The notes beneath the pieces are model-generated. The model saw only the letters and a program-made list of their open reading frames with translations, did not search any database and was not told the DNA's origin. This document shows, one piece after another, positions 1 through 10,636 of a stretch of 64,000 nucleotides of DNA; the stretch's first letter is position 1; every line of letters starts with the position of its first letter. Source of the stretch: Infirmifilum sp. (GTDB lineage Archaea > Thermoproteota > Thermoprotei > Thermofilales > Thermofilaceae); contig JBEULP010000117.1 of the NCBI GenBank assembly GCA_041287245.1, positions 289,867-353,866 of the forward strand. Reading direction: 5' to 3'. The position numbers and the translations under genes are program-made.

Positions 1-505
1 TTGGAAGCTGCTGATTCCTGATGAGGTCATCAAATGACTCTATGCGAATCGTGTAGTTTATTTCATGGGCCCTCAATGCTACAGCATAACAGTACCCCTT
101 GGAGCAGTCAGGCTGAAGGGTTTTTCCATCCGCCTCTAAGATAACATCTACATGAAATAGATTTTTACCGTTTACACTATACTTCCAAGAGTCTCCGGTG
201 TTGAGAATTACTCTGTTCCAAATAAGTCCCAGCCGCTCTCCATCAACAACAACCTTGGATGGCTGCGCATTTGCCACAACATTACCATTACACGCAAAAA
301 CCAGGTAGTCGGTGATGCTCCCGTTATAGGCAGAATCGAATACAAGTGTCGTCGTTATCGTTGTATTTTCACCATAACCTGGTAAGACATCTTGTTCACG
401 GAGGATTGTCTTCTTCACATTGACAACCCCGCTAGGCTCAGGGTAAACAGAGGGGACCAGTAGAAGGAATAATAAAAATGAGGCAATAGGAATTCTCACT
501 CTCAT
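1..505 (-). CDS. Secreted/surface protein, 5' part only (runs off window start)
   Basis: Not in ORF track. Manual translation from ATG 505 gives MRVRIPIASFLLFLLLVPSVYPEPSG..., open to the window edge. Signal peptide, NxT/S sequons, TATA-like TTTATATA upstream. Confidence 0.8.
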   Translation of the reverse strand, partial: MRVRIPIASFLLFLLLVPSVYPEPSGVVNVKKTILREQDVLPGYGENTTITTTLVFDSAYNGSITDYLVFACNGNVVANAQPSKVVVDGERLGLIWNRVILNTGDSWKYSVNGKNLFHVDVILEADGKTLQPDCSKGYCYAVALRAHEINYTIRIESFDDLIRNQQLP

Positions 506-593
506 AATATCACTGCAAGGGTAGTGTATATCAGATATATAAATCTATCCTTATTTTTAATATTACTTTTCGACAATAAACGAATGAATTATC

Positions 594-1484
594 CTATGTA
601 TACTTCTCAAGCTTGCTTATACGGCGCTCCAGCGAACTGACTTCTGCCTCAAGCAGCGAATGATCAACCCTCTTTTCCTTGGCAGCTCTCTCCAATGCTT
701 CTAGCTTTACTTTTAGCAACTCTATTTGCAGCTTTTTGATATCCTCAGCATTGCTCGATGTCTTAAGCTCCCTGACGATATCGATCAGTGTTCTTTTAGG
801 CGGTTCCTCATATATCGCACCAGCCCTAATGTAGAAGATGCGCGTCGACAGCTCGGCTATTTCAGGATTGTGTGTTACTATGATTATGGTTTGCCCGAAA
901 GCGTTGTTAAGCCATTTTACTAGTGAGAGTACCTTTGCCGCCGTGTCAACGTCCAGGCTACCTGTAGGCTCATCCATTAAAATAATATCAGGGTTGGGAG
1001 CCAACGCACGTGCAATAGCGACTCTCTGCTGTTGCCCGCCGCTAAGCTGGTTGGGGAACTTGTTCTCATGCCCCTTAAGCCCCACGATCTCGAGAATTCG
1101 TAACGCGATATTCGTCGCTTCCCTAACCGTGAAAATACCTGTAAAGAGAAGGGGGAGCATCACGTTCTCAAGTGCTGTATAGTTACGTATCAAATTGAAA
1201 GATTGGAAGACAAAGCCTATTTTTCGTGCCCTGACCTTTGTTAATTCCTCCTCGTTCATGTCGGTAATGTCAACTCCTCCAACGATTACTCGTCCACTTG
1301 TAGGCTTGTCCAGACCACCTGCTATCGAGAGAAGCGTGCTTTTCCCGCTTCCGGAGGGGCCCATTATAACGGCGAGTTCTCCCTCACTTATGGACAGGTT
1401 TATTCCCTTGAGTACCTCAATCTCCTCTGATGCTGTTTTATAGACTTTCCTTATCTCTTTAAGCTCCAAAGCGTATTCACTCAC
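594..1484 (-). CDS. ABC ATP-binding protein (LolD/MacB-type) with C-terminal coiled-coil extension
   Basis: [38 protein letters not shown]. Confidence 0.93.
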   Translation of the reverse strand: MSEYALELKEIRKVYKTASEEIEVLKGINLSISEGELAVIMGPSGSGKSTLLSIAGGLDKPTSGRVIVGGVDITDMNEEELTKVRARKIGFVFQSFNLIRNYTALENVMLPLLFTGIFTVREATNIALRILEIVGLKGHENKFPNQLSGGQQQRVAIARALAPNPDIILMDEPTGSLDVDTAAKVLSLVKWLNNAFGQTIIIVTHNPEIAELSTRIFYIRAGAIYEEPPKRTLIDIVRELKTSSNAEDIKKLQIELLKVKLEALERAAKEKRVDHSLLEAEVSSLERRISKLEKYT

Positions 1485-2637
1485 TTTTCAACACCTCAAC
1501 AGGGCGAATCGAGGTAGCACGCCATACGGGGTAAATAGACGAGACCGCACTGAGTAAAGTTGCCAAAACTACACCTAATGTCAACGTAAAAGGCTCCAGT
1601 ATCAAAGGAGGATTAAGAAAACCGTAAGAAGCGACGAGCTCGATGCCGAACTGGGCGCCCATTATCCCGAAGATAAGGCCTAAGACTCCCCCAGCTATTC
1701 CATAAACCAGTGCTTCCAGAATGAATATGAAAGCTACACTCCTCCTACTGGCTCCCTGTGTCCTCATAATAGCTATTTCGCGCTGGTGTTCCCGGACTGT
1801 AGAAGTTATCGTGCTAGTCGTCCCGAACACCGCTACAGCAAGACCTACAAGAGTGGTCGAGAGAAGAAGACCCTCGATCAGAGACATAACTTTAAAGACT
1901 ACTCCGATGACCTCTTCTCGTAACATAACCCTGGAGCCTGGATAAACTACGGAAATCAGATTCTTCACTGCCACGGGGTCAACACCATCCTCTACCTTGA
2001 CAACCGCCATGCTGACATACCCAGGTCTTCCTAGAAGGTTTTGAGCTTCTCGAAGCGGGAGTATAATATACCCTCCAGCCGCTCCGATTTCCTCTATCTT
2101 CATAGTGACCTCGGCGATGCCTATTATTTCATATCGTCTGAACGTTCCTCCGTAGGGGGGCTTTACGTCTACCTTGTCCCCGACTTTCAACCCTAATTTT
2201 TTCGCAAGACCGACGTCAGCTATCGCATAGGGTCCTGACAAGCTGTTAAACGCTGTACCATTTACGAACCCTGACACAACATTTTTAATATCCTCAGGTC
2301 TAACTCCAAGCACAAACACCGCATTTCTCCCGATATAGCCCGTTACAAGTATTGCAGGAGTGACGTCTTTTACACCTGGAAGCTTTCTTATCTCGTTTAG
2401 AACGTCCTCCGATACGTCGTATAAGCCTTGTCCATACACAACAACCTCACCCGGGAGAACTTGTTCCACAATGTTCTGCGCAGCGATGTGGCTTCCAATG
2501 CTTAACATTCGCAAAGAAATAAAGGTTGCTACGCCGCTCGCAATCGCCAGTATCGTTAGTGTCGCAATGAGCTTCTTAAACAAGATATCCCTCTCTATGA
2601 ATTTTAAAGCTACGAACAGTAAGCTGCTCTTAGACAC
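1477..2637 (-). CDS. MacB/FtsX-family ABC permease
   Basis: N-terminal TM, extracellular domain, [11 protein letters not shown] motif, C-terminal [10 protein letters not shown]. Confidence 0.9.
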   Translation of the reverse strand: MSKSSLLFVALKFIERDILFKKLIATLTILAIASGVATFISLRMLSIGSHIAAQNIVEQVLPGEVVVYGQGLYDVSEDVLNEIRKLPGVKDVTPAILVTGYIGRNAVFVLGVRPEDIKNVVSGFVNGTAFNSLSGPYAIADVGLAKKLGLKVGDKVDVKPPYGGTFRRYEIIGIAEVTMKIEEIGAAGGYIILPLREAQNLLGRPGYVSMAVVKVEDGVDPVAVKNLISVVYPGSRVMLREEVIGVVFKVMSLIEGLLLSTTLVGLAVAVFGTTSTITSTVREHQREIAIMRTQGASRRSVAFIFILEALVYGIAGGVLGLIFGIMGAQFGIELVASYGFLNPPLILEPFTLTLGVVLATLLSAVSSIYPVWRATSIRPVEVLKSE

Positions 2638-2659
2638 AATCCCTTGCTTGAATAAAGCA

Positions 2660-3514
2660 TTATTTTAAGGTATTCACCGAACCCTTCTCTTTTCTTAATC
2701 TAGTGATCTCTTCTACCGCCTCCTCAAGGGTCAACACGTTCAACGGGATTCCTTTTTCCTTTAAGGCTAGTGAAAGCTGAACAATCTGCGGCGGTTTAAT
2801 CGCAGCTTTTCTGAGAACATCTATGGAGTAGAGAACCTCGCGCGTAGGCCCGTCTATTATTTTCTGCCCCTCAGAGATGAGCACGGTGCGCTCAGCTACT
2901 GCGGCTACAAACCTCATATCATGCGTGATGACTGCTATGGTAAAGCCCTCTCTGTTAAGCTGTTTCACAAGCCTCGCCAGTACGTGTCGACCCGCATGAT
3001 CCTGTCCAGTTGTAGGCTCATCGAGAATGAGAACCTTAGGCTTTAAGGCTAAAACCGCCGCCACGGTCAGGAGCTTCATCTTACCATAGTCGAGGTCGTA
3101 AGGGTTATAGTCTTCATACCCCTCTAAACCTACAAGACTTAAAGCCCACCTCACGCGGTCTTTGACTTCCTCCTCAGACAATCCCAGGTTTCTGGGCCCA
3201 TAAGCGACTTCCTGGAAAACCCTGCTCTCGAAGATTTGATGACTAGGATTCTGGAAGACATAGCCGACTCTTTTCACTATCTCATGAGAGGGCGTAACCT
3301 TAGTATCTAACCCCTCTACAAGTACAGTCCCCTTTGTAGGCTTTAGGAGCCCATTTAGGTTTTTAGCAAGTGTTGACTTTCCTCCCCCGTTCTGCCCGAT
3401 AATAGCGACTAGTTCCCGCTCGCTTAACGCGAAGTTTATTCCTCTGAGAGCCCAGCTGTCTGAGCCGGGATACATGAACCACAAGTCCCTAGTTTCGACC
3501 AAGACGGACATCAC
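2660..3514 (-). CDS. ecfA2: ECF transporter ATPase (EcfA'/CbiO-like)
   Basis: GQNGGGKST, GYVFQNP, DEPTTGQD; adjacent to EcfA/EcfT. Confidence 0.88.
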   Translation of the reverse strand: MMSVLVETRDLWFMYPGSDSWALRGINFALSERELVAIIGQNGGGKSTLAKNLNGLLKPTKGTVLVEGLDTKVTPSHEIVKRVGYVFQNPSHQIFESRVFQEVAYGPRNLGLSEEEVKDRVRWALSLVGLEGYEDYNPYDLDYGKMKLLTVAAVLALKPKVLILDEPTTGQDHAGRHVLARLVKQLNREGFTIAVITHDMRFVAAVAERTVLISEGQKIIDGPTREVLYSIDVLRKAAIKPPQIVQLSLALKEKGIPLNVLTLEEAVEEITRLRKEKGSVNTLK

Positions 3515-4377
3515 TCAACACCCATCAGCTCTGAGAATACCTTTATCGCCTCCTCCAGAGTGATAGGGTATTCTGCGTCGTTCCCTAGCTCTTTCCTCAA
3601 AGCGTAGGCGAGCTCCGTTACGCTGGGAGGATCTATTCCAATCTCTTTAAGCCTTTCAACCTGGCTTAGAACACTCTTTGTAGGACCGTAGGCTATTGGC
3701 TGGCCGTTATATAACACCAGGGCCTTGTCAGCGAAGTATGCTATCTCCTCGATCTCGTGCTCTGCTATAATTATCGTTGAGCCCTCGCGGGCGAGCTTCT
3801 CAATGACGGAGAGAACCTCGAACTTTCCTATAGGGTCTAGTTGGGCGGTAGGCTCGTCCATAACGATAACTTCAGGCTTTAGAGCCAGTACCGTAGCTAT
3901 CGCTAGCCTCTGCATCTGGCCGCCTGAAAGCTCAAATGGGGACCTTTTCTCAAGTCCAGTCAGGCCAACGTATCTAATAGCCTCCTCTACTCTCCTACGT
4001 ATCTCCTCCTTGGGTTTTCCCAGCATCATAAGACCGAATGCTACTTCTTCCCAAACGGTTAAGGCTAAGCCAGACATCTGGTCCTCCGGGTCCTGGAAAA
4101 CAAGACCTACCTTTGTCGCCAAACTAGATACTGTAGAATTTAGTACCTCCTCGCCTTTTATCAAAACCCTACCTCCATACCTGCCGCCGTAGAAATGAGG
4201 GACCAGTCCATTCAGGGATTTGCATAGGGTTGACTTTCCAGAGCCGTTTGGGCCAATAATCGCTAAAACCTCTCCCTTGTTAACCTCGAAGCTGACGTCC
4301 TTTAAAACAAAGTCTTTGCTTGTGGGGTAAGCATAGGTGAGGTGTTCTACAACGACTACTTTCTCACTTTCCCTCAT
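3511..4377 (-). CDS. ecfA1: ECF transporter ATPase (EcfA/CbiO-like)
   Basis: GPNGSGKST, LVFQDPEDQ, LSGGQMQR, DEPTAQLDP. Confidence 0.88.
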   Translation of the reverse strand: MRESEKVVVVEHLTYAYPTSKDFVLKDVSFEVNKGEVLAIIGPNGSGKSTLCKSLNGLVPHFYGGRYGGRVLIKGEEVLNSTVSSLATKVGLVFQDPEDQMSGLALTVWEEVAFGLMMLGKPKEEIRRRVEEAIRYVGLTGLEKRSPFELSGGQMQRLAIATVLALKPEVIVMDEPTAQLDPIGKFEVLSVIEKLAREGSTIIIAEHEIEEIAYFADKALVLYNGQPIAYGPTKSVLSQVERLKEIGIDPPSVTELAYALRKELGNDAEYPITLEEAIKVFSELMGVE

Positions 4378-4380
4378 CGG

Positions 4381-5226
4381 CTATCCACCCCAAACCCACG
4401 TCAAATGTGCTATAGGAGAGTAGCCTATAGTCAGGTAAACCCAGGCCAAGAGTAGCGTGGAAACAAGCATCGCCGCGAGAAAGAGGTAGTCGAGCTTTGA
4501 GAGGCTCGCCTCGTAGAGTAGTGTCTTCTTAACAGGTGCGCTAAATCCGCGGGATTCGAGAGCAATAGCTCTTATCTGCACCTTGTTCAGAGAGCTAAGC
4601 GTTAAGGGAATCACGATTGAAAGGTAGTTTTTGATTTTAGCTATGAAGCCAACATCTGTCCTCAGTCCTCTAGCCACTTGTGCTTGAAGTATAGTCTCAG
4701 CCTCTCTCGCTAATAGTGGAATAAACTGGAAGGTTGCAACAACCATGTAAATGAGCTTGAAGGGAACCTTCATCTTAAATAATGTAGCCACGAGCTTAGC
4801 CTGATTCGTAGTCAGGAAGAAGAGGAGGGCAGTCGAAATAGCCACCGCTATCCTTAGAGGCCACGTGATACCCCACCCCAAACCCTCAAGATAGACTGGA
4901 TAGTTAGCTCCAAATATGCTGATGTATCCTATTATAGTTTTGTTCCAAGGGAATCCCAGAGGCAGGGATAGTATGGGCACGGCGAAGGCGATCCAGGGAA
5001 CCACGATTATGAGTAGCGTTTGAAGAATAGGTTTTGCCACTCTGGCATAGAAAGCCATTGCTAAAGCAGCTGCAACGAAGATCAAGTTGATAAAGGGGTC
5101 GTAAAAGATATATACTATAAAGGTGGCCCAAAGGAAGAAGAGGAACTTGACACGCCCGTCTAAGCGTTGCACAAAAGTATCGACTTCTACCGCGCTCTTC
5201 TTTAGAAGCGAAACACCTACGGACAT
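4381..5226 (-). CDS. ecfT: ECF transporter T component
   Basis: Multi-TM with twin AQVARG / ALESRGF coupling motifs. Confidence 0.9.
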   Translation of the reverse strand: MSVGVSLLKKSAVEVDTFVQRLDGRVKFLFFLWATFIVYIFYDPFINLIFVAAALAMAFYARVAKPILQTLLIIVVPWIAFAVPILSLPLGFPWNKTIIGYISIFGANYPVYLEGLGWGITWPLRIAVAISTALLFFLTTNQAKLVATLFKMKVPFKLIYMVVATFQFIPLLAREAETILQAQVARGLRTDVGFIAKIKNYLSIVIPLTLSSLNKVQIRAIALESRGFSAPVKKTLLYEASLSKLDYLFLAAMLVSTLLLAWVYLTIGYSPIAHLTWVWGG

Positions 5227-5261
5227 AGGACTTTAACCTACAGGAAAAAAGCCTTGTTTAA

Positions 5262-5855
5262 TTATTTCGCGAGGATAAACCTCTTGGGGATGCGCTGGGC
5301 AATAATCACTGATATTACGAAACTTATGGGCTTGTCAATTATCTCGGTGAAAGCGTTTTGAGCATAGTTTGCAAGGACGAAGTTGTTTGTCGAGCTTAGC
5401 ACCGCTGTGTAGACAGCTGCGGCTAAGGGCTTGTAGAGCGGCCCGCCGCCGAATATCAAGATTGATATTGCTGTTGTGAACATGGGATAGATAAGCCCAT
5501 AGAGAACTATGGCTGCGATCCATGTCATGGGCTTTTTAAGATCCGTCCAGCCCATCTTCATCATAAAATACGCTATGAGAGCTATTGCCACGTTTGCAAA
5601 ACCCCAAACCCAGCTTGGAAGCCCCCAGACTGTTAAAGCCATTATTATGTTGTACAGGAAACCACCGGCGGCTCCAACCCAGAAGCCTCCGATAAACGTT
5701 CCTAGGATCGTAGCCCAAGTGTCGCCCCAGATAGGCGCCTTTAGAGCCTCTACGATCACACCGCCAACGTAGTTTAAAGCAGCTATAGTCGGTATAAGGA
5801 CGACAGCTATTATAGCTTTACCTGTTGGGGAGATTTCTTTTATTTCTGAAGTCAT
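5262..5855 (-). CDS. ECF S component (QrtT/MtaT-like, possibly nucleoside/nucleobase)
   Basis: About 200 aa, about 6 TM, NxVGG...LKAPIWGDT and late IDK motif; first gene of ECF operon; ATG 5855 preferred. Confidence 0.75.
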   Translation of the reverse strand: MTSEIKEISPTGKAIIAVVLIPTIAALNYVGGVIVEALKAPIWGDTWATILGTFIGGFWVGAAGGFLYNIIMALTVWGLPSWVWGFANVAIALIAYFMMKMGWTDLKKPMTWIAAIVLYGLIYPMFTTAISILIFGGGPLYKPLAAAVYTAVLSSTNNFVLANYAQNAFTEIIDKPISFVISVIIAQRIPKRFILAK

Positions 5856-5974
5856 GGTTTTCAATATTTTTAAGGATGGCTAGTTAATTAAGGTTTTGTC
5901 ATGCATTAAATAGCAAGTTTCTGATTTTGGTATAGAGAATAACGTTATAACAGCGGGTTTTAGTTGTGTAGAAG

Positions 5975-7096
5975 GTGTTTATGAGAAAAAACCCGTTGCT
6001 TTACGTTGCGTCCTTTGCATTTATGATTGGTGTAGGATCTGTCGTTGCAACTCTTCCAGTGCTACTTAGAAACATGCACGCCGGTGAGGTTGAAGCGAGT
6101 TTAGCTGTTACGGTTTGGGGCCTGGTCTATCTTCTTTCTAACATACCCGCGGGGGTTCTAGCAGACAAGATAGGAGCAAACAGGATAATACCAGTTGCCT
6201 TTCTCCTAAATTTTCCAATCGGCCTATTGATGTATTTTGGAAAAACCATCATAGACTATACAGTAGCGAGAGCTCTAGAGGGGTTTTTAGAGGCTCTGAT
6301 CTGGACAGGAGTGATTGGTTTAGCTGTGAAGGATGAGGAAAAGTCCAAGCTTATGGGTGTTAGTGGCGTGTATGCAGCAATAGCCTTGGGCTTTACCCTT
6401 GGGCCTGTCCTTTCTAGTATAATTGCCTCTATCTCACAAAGATTGCCTCTTCTTTTCTACTCAGCCGGCTCGTTTACAGCATTTATAGTTACCCTTCCGT
6501 TACTAAAGGCATCTCCTGTCAAGGTGTCAAAGCCCCCTATTAAGCTAAAATTAAACTTAGCAGCCTGGCTATCTCTTATGACGGCTTTTACAATAGGCTT
6601 AACCGAGAGCCTCATAGTGGTATACGCACCAGTACTGGCATTTGAGAGTGGCTATATAGAATCACAGCTTATAGTCTCGATCTATTACCTCATGGGGCTC
6701 TTAGGGCAGATAAGCATACGTTTTCTACACAACCATGTCATGATGGATCCTTACCTGCTCTCAGCACTCCTACTGTCAGGAATAGTAGCCCTAGGCTCAC
6801 AAGGCCCCCTCATACCCATAGCAATAGGACTCCTAGGATTCTTTAACGCGCAGCTTAGCAGCAGAGCACAGGCTAAGGTAGCGGAACACATGCGGGGCGT
6901 CGAGTCCACGGGCGCGGGAATAACGAACTTCGCCTGGTCACTGGGCTATTTTCTAGGGGCTCCGCTCTACAGCGCGCTTAACCCCGGAACCTTCGAACCC
7001 CAAACTGCCGTGGGTGTCGTACTACTCGGGGTGCTCTGTTTTTACACTTCCTTATTCCTCAGAAACAGAAGGGGGGCTATCCGAGCGAATGCCTAA
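5975..7096 (+). CDS. MFS transporter
   Basis: GVLADKIGA motif A, about 12 hydrophobic segments. Confidence 0.85.
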   Translation: MFMRKNPLLYVASFAFMIGVGSVVATLPVLLRNMHAGEVEASLAVTVWGLVYLLSNIPAGVLADKIGANRIIPVAFLLNFPIGLLMYFGKTIIDYTVARALEGFLEALIWTGVIGLAVKDEEKSKLMGVSGVYAAIALGFTLGPVLSSIIASISQRLPLLFYSAGSFTAFIVTLPLLKASPVKVSKPPIKLKLNLAAWLSLMTAFTIGLTESLIVVYAPVLAFESGYIESQLIVSIYYLMGLLGQISIRFLHNHVMMDPYLLSALLLSGIVALGSQGPLIPIAIGLLGFFNAQLSSRAQAKVAEHMRGVESTGAGITNFAWSLGYFLGAPLYSALNPGTFEPQTAVGVVLLGVLCFYTSLFLRNRRGAIRANA

Positions 7097-8285
7097 CCAC
7101 GTAGTCGATGATTCTATCAATCTCAGACTTGAGGGATTGGGGGATCCCTGAGACTTCAGGGGTTAGGAAGCCTCTTATGAGAAGCGCTCTCGCCTCATCC
7201 TCGCTAAATCCCTTGGACATCAAATACTCTATCTTTTCACCTGCGATCGTTCCAATGGCGGCCTCGTGGGTGAGCTCGACCTCCTGTACGCGGGACGAGA
7301 GGATGGGGATGGCTTCAAGAGTTGACTTGTCGTCCATCAGAACGCCTAGGCACTCTATGTGGCCTTTTGTCTTTGTTGAGCGTGCCTCTATTTTAGCACG
7401 TGAATATATACTCGAGCCTCTAGCCGAAATGATCCGGGATACAAGCTCGGAGGAGGCTCGCTCGCCCTCTAAGACCGCTACACCACCGACATCATAGTAG
7501 CCTTCTCCGCTGCCTGCAATTACAGAGACAAGCTTCGCATGAGCATCTTCCCGCAGGAAGACCTTGGGGTCGGTCTGGAGGGACGCTACAGGGCTGTAGA
7601 TCACATAATAGCTAATATACTGCCCCCCTTCATCCACATACACCGCTGTGCGGGGGCGCACATGGGTCCCCTCACCCCAGGAGTGCAGCATCGTGAAAAT
7701 CAGTTTAGCGTTCTTCGCCACATAGAACTCTGATATCCCAATGTGTAGCCCCCCTCTCTTCCCATGGGGTACCAGGCATCCCGTAGTAACTATAGCCTCT
7801 GCCCCCTCATCCACATAGACAATGTTATGCGCATGCTGAACTTCGTTTTCACCGGTAAAGAGGCTCAGGCATGTGTAGATAGGCCACGGTGTTTTTACAT
7901 TTGGAGGTACGTAAATAAAATATCCCGTCTCTTTTCCGTAAAGATAGGTATGTGCTGTATATTTATCTGTGTCTGGAGGTATAAGCTTCCAGGCAAGCCT
8001 TCGCGCAAGCTCATTCCTCTCTAGTGCGCGGTTTAGAGGTTCAACGATAACGCCTATTCCTTTAAACTTCTCAGCCATTGCCTTTGCTAACGCCGTTTCC
8101 CCCCACTGGAAATAACTAAGCTGTTTGTAAGTGACTCCAACCTTCTCCTCAATAGATCTTTCAAGGCCATCGGTGAAGCCCTCCTCCGTACTTAGAGGAT
8201 TAGCTGACTTGTATATGGATAAGTCGATGTCAGGTCCATATGGTGCAGGCTTGTTTAGAGCCTTAAGCACAGAATCCTTATTCAT
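7077..8285 (-). CDS. sufB: SufB/SufD-family Fe-S scaffold (SmsB-type)
   Basis: GHIECLG, LTHEAAIG, YLMSKGFSEDEA motifs; ATG 8285 overlaps the sufC stop. Confidence 0.88.
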   Translation of the reverse strand: MNKDSVLKALNKPAPYGPDIDLSIYKSANPLSTEEGFTDGLERSIEEKVGVTYKQLSYFQWGETALAKAMAEKFKGIGVIVEPLNRALERNELARRLAWKLIPPDTDKYTAHTYLYGKETGYFIYVPPNVKTPWPIYTCLSLFTGENEVQHAHNIVYVDEGAEAIVTTGCLVPHGKRGGLHIGISEFYVAKNAKLIFTMLHSWGEGTHVRPRTAVYVDEGGQYISYYVIYSPVASLQTDPKVFLREDAHAKLVSVIAGSGEGYYDVGGVAVLEGERASSELVSRIISARGSSIYSRAKIEARSTKTKGHIECLGVLMDDKSTLEAIPILSSRVQEVELTHEAAIGTIAGEKIEYLMSKGFSEDEARALLIRGFLTPEVSGIPQSLKSEIDRIIDYVVRHSLG

Positions 8286-9006
8286 TGCAAACACCCTCAA
8301 ACCCCTTCTCTTCAAGATTACTCAAAAGCTCTAGTGCATCTCCATCGCAGACCACGCGGCCTTCCCGTAGGATAAACCCACGGGCCGTCCTACCTATTTG
8401 CTCAGCTAAGAGTCTTGTATGTGTAACCACTACGATTCCCGTGTTGAATTTCCCGGCAAGGAAGTTTAGAGTGCCGGCTATAAGCTTCACGCTGTCAACA
8501 TCAACCCCGCTGTCAGGCTCGTCTAGCAAGGCAAACCTCGGTTTAAGTAGCGCTGTAAAGAAGACTTCAACTCGTTTCCGCTCTCCTCCGCTAAATCCCT
8601 TAAATGCATCCCTGTTTAAAAGGTATTCAATGTCTAGCATCTCAGCTAGTTGCGATACCAGATCCTCGGATCCGAAGCGTTTAGCAATAAGTTCAGCTAG
8701 CCTTGAGACGGTAAGCCCCGTAAGCTCCGGGGGAATCTGGTAAGATAGTACTACACCTTTTACAGCTCTCGAGTATGCTGGAAGCTGGGTAATATCTTCG
8801 CTGTCCAAGAGTATTTTCCCCCTGGTTATTCTTACTCTAGGTAGGCCGGCTATAGCGGATAGAAGCGTTGTTTTTCCAGCGCCGTTCGGACCAAATAACA
8901 AGATTCTTTCACCGCTTCTAATTGTTAAACTTACATCTCTAACTATCTCGCTATGATCTATTGACGCTCCAAGATTTTCAACAGAAAGTGCTGAGCTATG
9001 GGTCAT
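8278..9006 (-). CDS. sufC: SufC-family ATPase (SmsC-type)
   Basis: GPNGAGKTT, GFSGGERKR, LDEPDSGVD; adjacent to sufB. Confidence 0.88.
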   Translation of the reverse strand: MTHSSALSVENLGASIDHSEIVRDVSLTIRSGERILLFGPNGAGKTTLLSAIAGLPRVRITRGKILLDSEDITQLPAYSRAVKGVVLSYQIPPELTGLTVSRLAELIAKRFGSEDLVSQLAEMLDIEYLLNRDAFKGFSGGERKRVEVFFTALLKPRFALLDEPDSGVDVDSVKLIAGTLNFLAGKFNTGIVVVTHTRLLAEQIGRTARGFILREGRVVCDGDALELLSNLEEKGFEGVCNE

Positions 9007-9127
9007 TCCTAGGATAAATTTAAGCAAGCTAGATAAAGCTTATGCAAGTCTCTAGGGCGAAAATCGGTTGCAATCCTGCCCTTTATCGTCATAAGGAATA
9101 AATCTAAAAACCACGGGTTTAATACAT

Positions 9128-9922
9128 ATGGTTCTGGAAGTAAATCTCATAGGAAAAAAGGCGCTTGTCACTGGAGCGTCAAGCGGGATCGGATTAGGCG
9201 TAGCAAAGGTTTTTTCACTAGCGGGGGCGGATGTAGTAATACTTTCCAGAAGCTCGGAAAAGCTCGAGAATGCTTTAAGAGAAATTAAAAATTTCTCGGG
9301 TCGTGAGGCACAGGCTATTCAAGCCGATCTGACAAAGGAAGAGGATCTCGAAAGAGTTGTTCAATATTTAGAAGAGAAGTTCACCCCAGATATACTCTTC
9401 TACTCGACCGGTGGGCCAAAACCAGGAAGCTTCCTAGACTTCTCGATGCAGGACTGGGAAGAGGCTTTTCATTTATTGGTCTACCCCGCGATAAAACTTA
9501 CGCGCCAGCTTTTACCGCATATGATCTCGAAGAAATGGGGAAGGATAATATACCTTACAAGCCTCGCGATAAAGGAGCCTCTACCAAACCTAGCTTTAAG
9601 CAACGTTATTAGAATAAGCTTCGCCGGCCTTGTAAGGACTCTTGCTCGCGAAGTAGGCAAGCATGGCATCACTGTTAACGGCATAATGCCAGGCATAATT
9701 CAGACACAGCGCGTGGAGGAGATAGCTATTAGTAACGCAAAAAAGGAAGGTATTTCCTACGAGGAATCCCTTAGAAGGCTGACTACCGATATCCCTGCAG
9801 GGCGTCTAGGCAAGCCTGAAGAGATAGGTTATATAGCCGCATTCCTAGCCAGCGACTACGCCTCATACATCAATGGAGCTATGATCCCCGTAGACGGAGG
9901 AAGACAAGTATCAGTTTTCTAA
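9128..9922 (+). CDS. Short-chain dehydrogenase/reductase
   Basis: TGASSGIG, SxxxR atypical catalytic motif, INGAMIPVDGG. Confidence 0.9.
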   Translation: MVLEVNLIGKKALVTGASSGIGLGVAKVFSLAGADVVILSRSSEKLENALREIKNFSGREAQAIQADLTKEEDLERVVQYLEEKFTPDILFYSTGGPKPGSFLDFSMQDWEEAFHLLVYPAIKLTRQLLPHMISKKWGRIIYLTSLAIKEPLPNLALSNVIRISFAGLVRTLAREVGKHGITVNGIMPGIIQTQRVEEIAISNAKKEGISYEESLRRLTTDIPAGRLGKPEEIGYIAAFLASDYASYINGAMIPVDGGRQVSVF

Positions 9923-9994
9923 ATTGACCTATGCATAGCATTTAAATAATCTCGCTCAATGGCAACTCCATAAAAATGGAAAAGGTGAACCTTA

Positions 9995-10636
9995 TTGCCT
10001 CCACCACCCGAGGTCATCCCGCGCGCTTCAATGCTCTTCTTCTCATTAGATGTTGTATCTTTCCTAGCCTTGCTCATGCTTTGTTATTTCCTCTACAGAG
10101 CATTACTAATCAGTAAGATCAAGCTTTTCGCCTTCTTCTTTTTTGGCTTCGCAGCTCTTGCCGCTGGAGAATTTGCACATATCCTAGTACTCCTAACCGC
10201 TTTCACAACCGGGGCTAGCGGTTTAAGAATTCTCTTCTTAACTCACGCTATAGGCGTTATACCACAAATAGCAGAATCTATTGCTCTACTATTTATCGCC
10301 GCCGGATATACTCTCGAGACCAGATCTAAGTTATTGGAGGTATTTGTACTTTTACAGTTTAGGCGCACCTGGTTCAGCGAATTCTATCTTACAAGCATCA
10401 TAAACACTGCACTATTGGTTTACATAGTGATAAACTCGCTTAGTGTATATTTTGCATCGAGGAAGAAACAAGCGAGTTTTCCAGCGATAGCTTTCTCGCT
10501 AATGCTACTCTCAAATGCTCTCTTAATACCCTCTCTTCTACTTGCAGACGAGCTCTTGTTCCTACTCTCGAAATTGCTACACATCCTGGGGCTCCTGGTG
10601 CTTATGCTCCTCGCAGTTGAGGTGTCGCGGGCTTGA
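9995..10636 (+). CDS. Polytopic membrane protein (about 6-7 TM), unknown function
   Basis: Hydrophobic throughout; stop overlaps the wHTH gene start. Confidence 0.75.
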   Translation: MPPPPEVIPRASMLFFSLDVVSFLALLMLCYFLYRALLISKIKLFAFFFFGFAALAAGEFAHILVLLTAFTTGASGLRILFLTHAIGVIPQIAESIALLFIAAGYTLETRSKLLEVFVLLQFRRTWFSEFYLTSIINTALLVYIVINSLSVYFASRKKQASFPAIAFSLMLLSNALLIPSLLLADELLFLLSKLLHILGLLVLMLLAVEVSRA

